Assembly (NCBI GenBank): GCA_965235115.1 | Contig: OZ249436.1 | Coordinates: 33,294,001 to 33,358,000 of the forward strand | Source: Laetmonice hystrix | Taxonomy: Eukaryota | Reading direction: 5' to 3' | Length of the DNA: 64,000 bases | Shown: piece by piece, positions 11,939 through 24,600 of the stretch | How positions within the stretch are numbered: position 1 is the first letter of the stretch | Layout of the letters: each line of letters opens with the position of its first letter | Notes under the pieces: generated by a model | The model's database searches: none | The model's input: only the letters and a program-made list of their open reading frames with translations | What the model was told of the DNA's origin: nothing | Position numbers and translations under genes: made by a program

Positions 11939-14900
11939 TTACGAGACGCTATAAAGAAAAAAGATAGTGGGTGGAAACATTACGTTGTTGATGATATCTG
12001 AGGCATGTATATGAGGGGGAAGGAGGTTATACAGAACTTTATACCACCTGACTTATACAACGACGGTCTGTTTTTTGTTTAAAAAACCGGAATTTAGATA
12101 AATAACAGTACTTTACTTGTAAACCAAGTAGAAGTATCATGGTCCAAATGATAACACAGAACTACCATAGATCTACATTCACGCGAGTTCCTAGCCATTC
12201 ACATGAGATGGGAGTCCCCTCTTCCTATGCATGGTTCAGCATTGGGCACAGTGGCTCCCTCCCACGGCGTTGTCTGCAGTCAGGAGTCTGATCCGCTGTG
12301 TCTGGCGTCTGTCACGTGGCCCTCTCCATGTGTGGCAGCCACAAATAAACACAACCGATAACGACCTCTTCCGCCGTCCCCCCACCCCCACCCCTAAACC
12401 TCACCTCAAGCCCCGCCCGCCCAGGCTGTGGTTTCCCCCAACCCAAGGATACAGACTCCTCAGACTTGCAGCATTCAGCAGAATGACAAAAATCACTACC
12501 CTAATCCCCGTGCTGACTCATCTTACGTCAAGGTGTGTAATTGGCGTGTATATTCTGAATGGAAAACGGTGGCCAAAACAGCTTTATACATCAACCGCAG
12601 CCGTTTTAAAGACAACACTGTCCACCCACTAACAAACTGCACTTACTCACTTTAAGATGAAAGAAGTCATTGTACGGATATAGAGATAATTCAAACCAAC
12701 CCCTTGAATATATCTTCACGTTTTACACATTTTGACGTCACCTAGATCTTTTACGTCCCGTAGATCACGTGACGGTAGCGATACTTTGATATGGATGTAG
12801 CTAATACGTAATAACCGTCGCCCATTGCTGTATGATATAGATAAATCCAGGCGGAAGGAAACGTGCTCATGTTCCACCCAACGTACACACAGTGAAGCTT
12901 TTAGATACAATATCATCACCTACACCTGTGTGGCATCAAATATGAAAGTGAAATACTTCTGGTCTACACAGTTCTGACTCGTTGAACATGTCCGTTGCTA
13001 GGCTCCCTGTGCCTGGTACAGGGTCACGTGACGTCAGAACGGATACTGCGCAGACGAAGATAAAGGGCGAAATGATGCACGCATTAATTGGGGAAGACAA
13101 GGGTTCGTTCACGCCCTGATACGCCCTATCTTTGCCTGCTGCTCCTACACCCCAACCCGCCACTGCCCTACCCAGGGTGGCTAACCTATACTGGATGGAC
13201 CCCTGCCTCTAGGGTTTGAACGCTTCCGAGGAAGCAACTGTTATCTTTTGGACTTTATATAGAGTCTTGGTTATAGCAGCTTATCGTACAACCCTAACAA
13301 CAGTCAATTCTTACACACGCTGTAAAAGTAAGAATGTTTTTCGTTGATTTTAGAATAGTTATCGGAAGCCGTATATTTACATACTATTCATAAAATATAA
13401 AGCCTGCCTGAAGACACATGCCTCTATTTAAAACAGAGGTCTCTGGGCCACTTAAGGTTTACCGAACCCCGAAATAATTTCGCATCACCCGAGCTCAGCA
13501 TAATCACTCTGACTTTGTTTTTCATCACTGCCAGGTCTGTAAGTCCAGCCTGTCAATGAACGGCCCTCGATGAACCCTGAACAACGTGTGAACAGCGCGT
13601 ACACATGATGCACTTTTAGCCGGGTGCGGAAGGTCACACCTTCTGAGGGCACGGCACCCTTAACGGCTAACACGTGCCGCTCATCCCCTCAATGAATTCA
13701 GAAGGGTTCGAGATGGCTACAGCTGAAGTACCTGACAAGGTTTTCATTTACCCCAACTAACCTCCACCCCCACACCCCGCCCAGAACGCACAGGCACACA
13801 AACATGCTAACCTCGACACAGAGATCTATGTTCTTCAACTCACAGACACAGCAAGTAATACTGGCATTGGTGCATGGCCTTTGGGGGGAAAACGTATAAA
13901 GAAAGGCAGGAGAAAAAAGTTACTCTTGCATACTGTTGATAGATCATTTTAACTGTCCAGATTACAAAAAGGAAAATAACGTCTTAAAGAAAAAGGTCCT
14001 ATGACGACAGGTATTCCAGTAACTATATAGCGCAAAATGTCAAAGGCAGTAGACTTGAAGTCTCTATGTTGCTGGCTATAGAGACCTTTATATTAGGTCT
14101 CTCTCTCAATCTCCAGCAATCTTCCGCCCAGCGAAATGAGTTTTATACCGTCTACATGGCGTCCCGAATCAATTCTCTCCGCCCTATCTATATGGTATCA
14201 GTTACCAACTCCCAATTGCTTGATCTTTTGACCGAGGTCATTTTTTCCCACTCAGTTCAATAACTCTCGGTTCTTTTATCAGTGTTCTGATAGAGCAATT
14301 TGTTGGTGCTCCGAGTGGTTTGTATAGAGACATGTAACCCTTGGTCAGAGATATACAAACCAGACGGATTTAATACATGTGGAGGTTTGGGGTGAAATAT
14401 GAAGCAATATGTAAAAGAGCAAGGAAATTACATCACGGACATTTCTCAGCCCATCCATATGATACTGAAAGCAGGTATAGATAGAATATTTTCTCTCCTT
14501 CTATATTAAAAGGGTCGTGAGGATTAAAAAAAAGCCAAAGAGTATGACGTCACTGGATCTGCCTGTCGCGGTATAACGGTGTCACGCATTCTGGCCAATT
14601 ACATTTTGATTTACCGAGATCCCACCAGACTCAAGGAGCGAGTATTTTGCACCGAGACACATTAAAGGCACCTCCAACGAGAAGGTGAGGCGCAAACAAC
14701 TGACATTCCTCCCTGGAGATTCACCCGAAAAACATGTTCACCTTCACCGCAGGGAGGCCGACATGGGCTGTCCCAACATGAAAACATCAAACATGATATC
14801 AAGGCCAAGTCTGATCTAAATCCGCCATTATCAGTTCAACATCTCCCAACATGAACAGCTTTACGTCTTACGGGACAAGCATGTCTTCAGGTTCATTAGG

Positions 14901-17500
14901 CGAGGGACATATCCCAGAATACCATGAGATTGATGCAAGCTACCCACCCAGATAGCGTAAAGTCTTATCACACTTCTTGGGCTGTAAATGAGCTCCAAGC
15001 CAAAGAGCCTCGATTGCAAACTCCGAACTTCTTTGAGACTGGCCATAGAATCGTTTCAGGGCGGGGAACCCAAGACACAGATGCATACTAAAGAAGCTGA
15101 TATCAACACCTGGATCTGATGCGACCTCTTACCAATTACCCGAGGTCTGGATTCATTTAGATAGGAAATGATGTCTACATTAACAATTTGTGGGATGTTC
15201 GTACCCCTACTGCCTACAACCAAACTACAGCAAACATCCTCAGGGGATATTACCTTCCTAAAAAAGATAAGAGAAAAAATACATGACTTTACTTCTCGCA
15301 TTAGTGTGAAAAGTTGACTGAAACCTTGAAGGCTTTCTACCTTAAACTTTGCATGGTTGGTTGGGCAATTTTTGAGGGAGGGGAGCTCATGGTTGACAAG
15401 TACAGAGTATCATGAAGGCACCACATGCAGACATTATGATGGGCTGTATTCAATCCAAGCCGACGACATGAGGGTATAAACACTTTAATCATCTTATCAC
15501 CACCACCACCACCACTACCACGGCCATCATGTTTCCCCCCGCCATCCTGTAGATGGCAGCACTGTCTGGCCGGCCATTTCCCAGACCCGTTTCTGCACAT
15601 CAAACTGACCGCATCTTTGATAACGTAATTACCTCGTCTTTCATCGGGTACCATATGGCCTGACCATGATTGGCCGGCATCGCCTTGTTAATGACCTTAT
15701 CACCATGGCGATCTTATGGACCAGATCTGTTCCCAGTGGTAGCCGGCTCCAGAACCCACCCGTCGTCACCAGATCCCACATTGCTATCCACTCCGTACTC
15801 AATTTCCAGGCTGGAGTTCCAAACTCAAACCCGTTGTCCTAGCAACGTAATGAGCAACGCACACAGGGTGATTAACTTATCTGTAGAGTTTTTCTTCCCG
15901 CCTGGGATGAGAAGTCAAGCAAAGTTTAGGGCGTGGCAGCACCCCACTAAGGGTGGACCCCCACCAGTGGTGAGTGTACTTTTATCCTCATTAGGGCCAC
16001 TGGCCTTCGTCCTTCAGCCACTGTAAGGCTACTTTTTGAAACGATAACGGACGGTTGTACCACTGCAGAGACCGTTATAATGCGATGTGATACACTGCCC
16101 CAAATATATTACGACTTCACAAGTGCCAAGCTAACAAGAAATAAAAAAGTTATTTACAGTTTACAAGAACCGAGGAACTCCTTAGTACATGTCCACATGG
16201 ACTTACACTAACGAGAAAACTATAAATTATAAAATATAAATAATATTATGGAAGTCACACGCAGACACAACTATGAGGACCCTGGAATCGGTAGTGGTAC
16301 TACTGACATTAGTTTTTTGTTTTTTTTTTAAGTTCGTTTTTTTTTTAACGTATGAATGAACGAAACAAGAATCAAACGTTGCAGGTCCCGTAAGTTATCC
16401 TTTGATATGGGAACGGCTGAGAACCTATAATACCATCGCCTAAATCCCAGCTCTGGACCGACATCTTCATCATCATTACTGAGGGATACAATTAAGTTAT
16501 AGCACTAAATCCACCGCCTTGTTTCATGTTAAATTGAAATGATACGCCGTCATAACCACATGCTGTGAACGGCTTTCTCCAGTAAAGACTATGACGTAAC
16601 AGGCGGCAGTCATTTAGAACGCAGGACAGGAGGATTACGGGTTGGCTGTCTTTGAACTGGGGAGTGCATCCCCTAGAGCCAGTAGAGGTCATCACGTTGG
16701 TCCTGTACTGGTCCTACTGACCGCTCCCGCGCCCTACTGGGCACCGACCTGCCAACCCCAGGTACTAATTAACAGAGATATATCGGACCAATTAAGAAAG
16801 ATGCTATCTGAGTGTTCTGGAGGTCCAGGTGCTGGCTAATTAGGGCTTTGGCATGGCACTTGGGGCGGTTATATACTAGGGACTGACCTGTGCTGAAACT
16901 ATAGTGGACGGACGGACTGGGTATAGGCGTAGGGGAAGGGGAGGGGTTGACACAACGGTCACATCCCCTGGTATGGTAGCTACCGAGAACGGTGACCCTT
17001 TCACAATATATCAATCAACATCATGATAAGATACCAGCAGTTTAATTCACAGTCGGGGTGCTACCTTTTGATAATGAAACCGCAGTCGCATCAAGTTCAA
17101 CACACCAAGGGGACTGTTTTCATCACCACCGTGGTATAGGCTCAGGACTCACATACATTTACAATGAAAGTAATAAGAAGCGAAAATGAAAACGACCGAA
17201 AAATATGATATTGAACAATTTAAACCCCTAAAAGAATACTTTATGTCATCTCTTAAAAGTGAAAACGTCTATGATTTTGCACTTCCAAGTCAAAGAGGTG
17301 ATAAATCTAAGTAGCAAACTATATTTGGCAAGCAAACACTTTTAGCGTTTCACCAAAGAATTCCATTTAGCAGCTTATTCACGTGTCCCTAATCCCACAG
17401 CTGCCTACATCCAGCATGACACTGTTTTATTCCCACATGTACACGAAACGAATAAAGGTCTTTATGCTGGTGAAATCGATCCGTGGAATTTAGAGACAGT

Positions 17501-17515
17501 GGTTCCCCCTGGTGG
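17501..17515 (-). promoter_or_regulatory. CTCF-like motif
   Basis: The minus strand reads CCACCAGGGGGAACC (one core mismatch). Confidence 0.35.
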
Positions 17516-18774
17516 CGGCCGTTGAATTCGGAGATGGGATCTAATCGCCGATTGCCGGTGCCGACTGTTTATAATTCCACTTCTGGTAGGACGACCTGTG
17601 GACGTGGAGGGGTTGGGTTGCTATCAGGGCCGCGATCAGAGCATTGGGACCGGTGTGGTCGCTCTATCCCGGGATAATGGCATCAAGTGGTTTGGCTTCA
17701 TCTGCTGAGTCATCATCTTCAACTATCAACATCATCCTGCCCACCAGTATCACTAAAACCCGCGCCAACACTCCCCACCATTGCCCACCTTGTGAAACGG
17801 TCATTTTAAACCTGCCATTTTTTGTCAGCTCTTTGCCAGGGCATTGCGAAGAACCCATTACACTGACCTCTACGGTAAAAGTGTCACCCAGTCATATAAA
17901 TATCTGCATTTCTTCCAACTTTAAAAGACTTCAAATTGTGGCACTGGAAGCACTGCAGCCTCTCTTGACTGAAGTCCCGACATTTTTGACCTGATATTTA
18001 ACCTTTCAAGTGTTGGCCCAACTGCAGTAAACACATACCAAAGACTGAAGGAGAATTGTCTGTGAAACCCTCAAACTCCTGGCATATATCAGCACCAACT
18101 ATTTAGGTTCAATTGTGTGGTCGGGATCCAATTCTCAAAACTGGACGGTCGTTTTCTCTTAGCACAGTGGCTGTCTCACTCCCCCGGGACACGTAGAGCG
18201 GTGGGCCATGGGTCCGGCAGACCCGAGGGTCTCATGCAATAAGTGTCCCGTCCCGGGGTCAGATTCTTACAGACACCGACGGGCATTGAGACCTTATCAC
18301 TGGGGACATACCGGTAGGCCTTTTCATTCCATACGTATGTATACACATACACATATTTAGCAACAGATCTGCAGATAATGACGCTCTAAGAGTCCAACTC
18401 TCCCAAGGCGAAAATCTTTCTTTCTTAAACATAACTCACGCAAATGCCGACTTAATGCAAATCAAAACTGCATAACAATTAATGGCGTTTCCCTTGACAA
18501 CAAAATCAAATCAATCAAGACGGAAGGCTTGATTTTACTTTCGATTGCACCTGCAGGTCTTTAGGAACAGAGGTCCAACCAGTCTAAGATCACAACAGGA
18601 AAGACCAGAGGAAGAAACAAAGTCAAACGAAGCACAAAATATATTTGAAGATTAAGTAACCGTTATAATTCCGAAAAGCTACACGGAAGAATACAAGTGG
18701 TCAAAAAGCAGAGATGTTTGCATGAAATTCAACAAGTCAAAACAGCCAACCACTGTTTCCATGGTCACTGCTGA

Positions 18775-18791
18775 AGGTCACATGAAGGTCA
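18775..18791 (+). promoter_or_regulatory. Consensus DR5 nuclear-receptor element (RARE-type)
   Basis: AGGTCA-catga-AGGTCA. Motif match only. Confidence 0.4.
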
Positions 18792-20390
18792 TCCCCGGAG
18801 GGCCATGGGTCAATGCGGAGCCTTGTGCCATCAAAACACTGAGCATTTGAGATCAGTCGATGTTGGTTAAACATTGGTCGGTGGAGTAAATGCATGGGGC
18901 AGATAGGCATCTTACCGTTACAAGTCCAGACAAACAGAAGGGCAAGAGGTGCTCTATAGCCAGGCGTGGCTTCCTAAATAGACCTATATTATAGCAAAAG
19001 CTTAGATCTATTACGGGGTGCTATACATAGAGAAACAAAAAGAGAAAAATATTCATTACTTTACTGGCCACCTTTCAAATAATGGCGTTTCAATAAGCAG
19101 CCTGCAGAGATATTGGCAAGAAAAATGTAGCTTTGTGGTATGGGGACCGCTCCCCTACGCTACCCTTCGTGGCTATCCCAACGAACTGATGCTAATTTCA
19201 GATAACCGCTCTAATGTAATACGGAATATGTAGCGCTCATAAACGTACCTTATTCATATGCATCTTATACGCCGTGGAGTTATACAGGATCTACATGAAA
19301 TGAACTTAACAGAAAGAGGCAGATATCCGCCATGACCCTTTCTTTGAAGGGCACGCCAATAATATTTGCCGGTTTCATCGGCCACGTGACGGTGCCGTCG
19401 TGAGCGTAGGATTACGTGGGACGTCGTGACGTGACCCCTGGGTCATGACGACATTAAAACGCTCGTGACCGGAGCGTCATCAATCGTGTTTGTGGCCGGG
19501 TATCCACTGGCCCGCGGTAATGGACGCTATCTTCAGGGCTGACAGGTCCCCGCCACAACCGACGTTGTCTCACCCACACCGGCCACCAACGTGATCAGTG
19601 GAAATCACAACGCAGCCATTGAGGGTTCGAAACAATCAGTGGGCAGATTTTAAGATGGGTCAAGTGCCTGATGAGCAATACAAATAGTTGACATCCTGGG
19701 GTTGGAGGTCACTGGATGAACAATTGCATCCGGGTACTGAAGTTTGCTGGCCTCAGCATCAGTTCAGTGAAAGGTAGCCAGAACTCCTGACCTCTATAAT
19801 CGAGACACAGGCTCTAATCAATACTACATATACACATGTATACACAGGAGTCCCGCAAGAAGGAAAAAACAAGAATCGAACGGGTATTGATCAATGCGGT
19901 CCTGTAGCCTGATTAGTATTACTTATTTATTATACATAAAATTTTAAAAATTAAAACATCACCTTTTTTTTTACGTACAATAATCACATAACCTGACAGA
20001 ATATCTGGTTATGAAAACTAACCCCGATTTTCCTGAGGAGATCTGTGTGAGCCGAGAACCGTATATTGCACCCTGATAAAGTAGTGAGACAGAGGTTGCT
20101 ATCACAAAATCCCTTCCTACTACACGCGATGCGCACCAATAATCTCCCATGTTCATTATGTATACAGGCTGTCATAATATCCGACAACCAGTTACACCAG
20201 CACCATTCAGAACAGCTGCATGTACCATGAAGGAATTTCCTGACACTGTGGCAGGTGTTCCACTCCAGGATCCCACGGCAGGTGATTCAACAGGAAGGTT
20301 GGAGGAAGGAAACAAACACTTTCCCCTTTTTTCAACACAGAAACAAACAAAACAAACGAAAAACTCCCAAAAGGAAAAGGCCGTACTGAC

Positions 20391-20574
20391 CTGGTATAAA
20401 TGGATCTGATTCGTCAATGACAATGTCACGTGGTGGGGCGAACCTAGAGGACGACGACTGGAAGGCGCCCTGCTTTTTCTTGGCGTTTTCTGTTCGTGGG
20501 TTTCCAGGCCTGATCTTTCCTTGGGTCTTTTGGTAGGCTCGGTCAACTTCATACGAACCAGGTGGGGGAATGTC
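20391..20574 (-). CDS. STPG2: STPG2 internal exon, 184 bp, DIPPPGSYEVDRAYQKTQGKIRPGNPRTENAKKKQGAFQSSSSRFAPPRDIVIDESDPFIP(G)
   Basis: ttgtag acceptor, GTCAGT donor, phase 0-1, which is exactly the phase needed between the flanking exons. PPPGSY repeat and AFxSxxxRF motif. Confidence 0.92.
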
Positions 20575-21299
20575 CTACAACACCAAAAATATACAACAAG
20601 GTTAGCTAGGAGGGTTTGAAGGAATGAACCTAGAGGAGAAATACAATTAGTGAAGCCATTGGCAATCACGGACTATAGCGTCCTTTAGAGTGCGTATTGC
20701 ATTGAAGATATGAGACTCAAAGACATGAATATCGTAACACAAGCTTTTCTTGTTTTGGGAAATATGTAGGTCTCGTTAATGGACTTGAAATTAAAGATAT
20801 ATGGTACTTTTCTAACTGCTTATGAGATCTCCACACTTGGAAACCAGCTAGCTCCCGTTAAACTCGAACACTTCATGACCTAAAGGCTCAAAACGTCGGC
20901 CTACAGTGGATATCGTGTTATTCTACTATTTACACAGTATAATAATAAAAAGTGCAGTCGCTCCCGCTGACCATCGAAATCAACCAGCCCTGGAAATATG
21001 GCTTTTGTGAAAAAAGGTGCGACGACTTTCGAGAAAAAGTCAAGTTGAATACTTTAGAATTCACAATGACAGTACAGCAGTCTTTCATTGTTTGAGGAAC
21101 ATTGTGCATTTCCTGCGTTTACAATGTGGCAAGCATGGCACAAGGGCAATCTCAGCGTGCCACCCGGCTTGCCACTATTCCATTTACTCCAAGCCCCGAC
21201 TTAGCATAACCATCACCGGTCCCCCAAAGGTAATCAGGTACAATCAAACATTGTTTTCGTAAATGGCAGGAAGCAGATTTTGTTGTTGTGGCTGAGTTA

Positions 21300-21600
21300 A
21301 TCGCGCCGTCGGTGGGAGTGGCGCGGTACGGTCCCAGGGAGAGAGGTCTGTGACTGAGCCCTCTCTCTCTTCCCGCCATCCCCATACACCCGGCGCCCCA
21401 CCCGGCAGGCGGCTATGATCCCCCGACCCCTCGGTTCACCGCCCGCCGGTGTCGAGCCCCCCACACCCTGGCCGTCTCCCCGTCAATCTCCCGGGGACGT
21501 CCCTTGGCAGCTACAATCCCGCCACCAAATGACGTGCACGAGGAGACAGACCGAAGGAGTCTGAGGCATCCTAGATGAGGCGCGCTCGGCTGAGGCATCC
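21300..21600. promoter_or_regulatory. GC/CpG-rich island
   Basis: Visibly GC- and CpG-rich against the AT-rich intron, with C-runs on the plus strand. Confidence 0.45.
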
Positions 21601-24600
21601 TGAGGCTTTCATTTGATGGAAACTGGCATCAAATTGACAGCGGGATGCTCCAACCAACACTACAACTTTGTCAGACTCGATCCACTTGCACTTGTTAAAG
21701 TCGGTGACCGTCCCTGAAAACACTGCGTTAATTTCCCTTTTATGACATTATCATTACAGTCTCTTATTACGTATGTCCTGCTTTATTTTTGAAAAAAATA
21801 CTTTTCTGAAACATCCTGTACGATGACGTCTCAGAAGACGAGCAAGCAGCAGGTCTCCACGCTAAGCCAGCGTTTTTTTAGTTTTTAGCTGTTATTTTTG
21901 GATCCCTTGGCAAGGGGTCTCCCCACCCATTAATCACACAAGCAACAGCTGAACGATATCTCCATATTCAGGCAATCTACTAGCTGTGTCACGATGTAAG
22001 TGTTCCATTAAGATTGTCTCAGACAATGAGTTAGAGAGTGATTGGTTTTTACAGATATTGCCGAGACCAATGGTCAGGGTGAGCAGACTCGGTCTGATAG
22101 AGAAGTCCCCGAGCTGACAGGGTTAACACCCCGCCTTCCCCTGCCACCCCCAGAACAAAGGCTATTGTCACGATACGGGATGAAACACGTCTGGGGAAAT
22201 ATACCTCACAACTGTACAACAGAGAATCTGGCTGTAAGTGTGCCTTCAGAACTTCATCACACTAGCTGCTGGGAGACTTTGTTTTCTTCATTCCGTGTCT
22301 CCCAACCGGCCTCAATATCTCACCACAAATTGCCGCTGTCACTTTTTGGAATTCTGCGGTGTTCAAGTTGCCGTGAGGCAAAAACGATTACCTTTCAACT
22401 TTGAACTTTCGTGGGCAACAATTAATGGATCTCATCATATTGTGGTTGACCACAGTTTCCTATAATCTGTGACGAGTCATTCCCGTGATCTGTGACTCAA
22501 CAGTCCATCCATCATTATTTTGGTATGGATGATAATTTCTTCTGTCGGCAGACTGACTGCATGACGGTCACGGGTGGATGTTATTTTACGTCACGAGCGA
22601 ACAAATGTCCATTGTTTAATTACAAAGGTTCCAGGCAACACTATGTAACAACCCGTTCTACCAAAGATTGGCATCTACGTTTCCGTCTACGTCTTAAGGG
22701 CGCGGGTCTGGAAAAGAACCTTTCCCCTCTTATCCTCAAATGTCCTATTCTTCTAACATGGACCTTCCTAGTTTAATTAACGATACTGTAAAACTCCAGA
22801 GAGCGTTCTCTAACCTGGCAAGACACTACACCAGACACTACAACATACAACGTACGTTCTGAAATAATCTTAAGATTCTCCATAGATACTGGATATTTTC
22901 TACCACGGCGAGGGGGGGGGGGAGCTAGTGTACCCCAATGGGGTGAGTGAGGTCAGCCAGTGTTTACCAACGAATACATCAGCGCTGCTATCATCGTCAT
23001 ATTTACATCTGATGGATCAGCCCCACCTCCATCAATAATTCACACTATTGAAATGGCAAACACTGGTAATTTTATTCTGTTTACTCTCTGTTAGCGCTCC
23101 CATCAATTATGGAAAACAAATCAAAACGGGACGATCAAAAAAACCCAATTAAAGGAGTAGGTAAACATCGTTCTGTAATGCAGATCCACTTCAATCAGTG
23201 GACACAAGCCTCAGAAACCTCCACCAATACCACTTTATCGGGATTTGTAGGTAACCTGGTGACCTACTTAACAGCAATACTGAAGGAATACCATCATTGG
23301 TCTCAGTAACTTGATTAGACTTTAACTTCTCTAGATTTTAATAAGGAAAGATACCTCACAAGAACAACGCCTTAATTAAAACGTTCGTCATTTTAAAGAT
23401 AATTAGTGACCATTATCACTCAAAGGTAAGCACTTTTATCCTATGGAAATTATGAGCAGGGTTCCAATGTCAATGGCAATGACATTCCAGGTACTCAATG
23501 TTCCAAACACTCAAACGAAAAACAATTGTTCCAGTCTCTGCCGACACTCGAGGGCTTCTAATTATTTCACGGAGTTGTGATCTCCGTTTTACGGCAAAGT
23601 TTAATGCGTCAAAGTTTCGAACTCCTGAAGGTCAGAGACACAGCTTCCCCTGCCCCATCCCCCCCAAAAAAAAAACGAAGAAAAGGAAATAGAATAAAAC
23701 ATACCTAATCAAGAAAAACGAACAGATTGGTCTGTGTTGATCGATACTGTTTTTCTACCTGGGCGTTCTTATAATACGTCCAAACCCAATGAGCCATTCG
23801 TTCACGAAGAAATATTGGGGTAGTGGGACCATGAAAAAATTATTTAAAATGAGATAAATATTTTACTGTGAGCCTGATGATGAAGATCCCGTCCCCATCC
23901 CTACCTCCATCCTGAACCCCCTACTCATCCCGCTTCTCAAACACGGCTTGAAATGGATCCGTGTGTATCGACGCCAGTGTCCATGTGCATGTTTCACACC
24001 ATCAATCATGATTGGGTGACGGCTAGCCTCGTGCTTTTTGACACATTCTAATTAAGTTTTGCCACTAGTCAACTGAGTGGGACCTGTCGTCACAGGGATA
24101 ATATGAGCTGACTAGGGACAGACCAACGGGTCTGACTAGACAGAGGCGGTCACGGTAAGCAGACAACGTATCATCATCATTCAATTACTTTAATCCATGA
24201 CAATAGAAATCCGCCTATACCCGATCCATTCACATTTTGAGTCAAATTTCAGGGCATAGACTGCAGCATGTGGAGGCATCGGAAAGCAGTAGTTGGCATA
24301 TTCGGCAGCTCCGATAAGTTTTTACGGTCGATTCTGGAGAAACTTTGCGGGTCTGGTAATTTATGAATAAACATTCAAGGGTGAACACGCATTCAATTGT
24401 TTCTAATGTTTGTTAGTGTCAACAAAGTTTGTTTCTATAGTTATGTAGGTGACTTAGTAGTTGGAAAAAAGTTGCTCTGCAGCTTAGTTACGGTCACTAC
24501 ATGGATAAAGTGTTTTTTTTCTCTTTTTGTCCACTTGGACAAAAGGAAGAATCACAAACTCACTTAGGAACCAATAGTTGAAGAACTATCTTAATGGGAG

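Noticed and set aside
15248-15280. Strong minus-strand polypyrimidine acceptor followed by a donor-like GTAAT 4 nt later
   Set aside because: A 4-nt exon would frameshift STPG2, and it is not an AG|GT recursive site.
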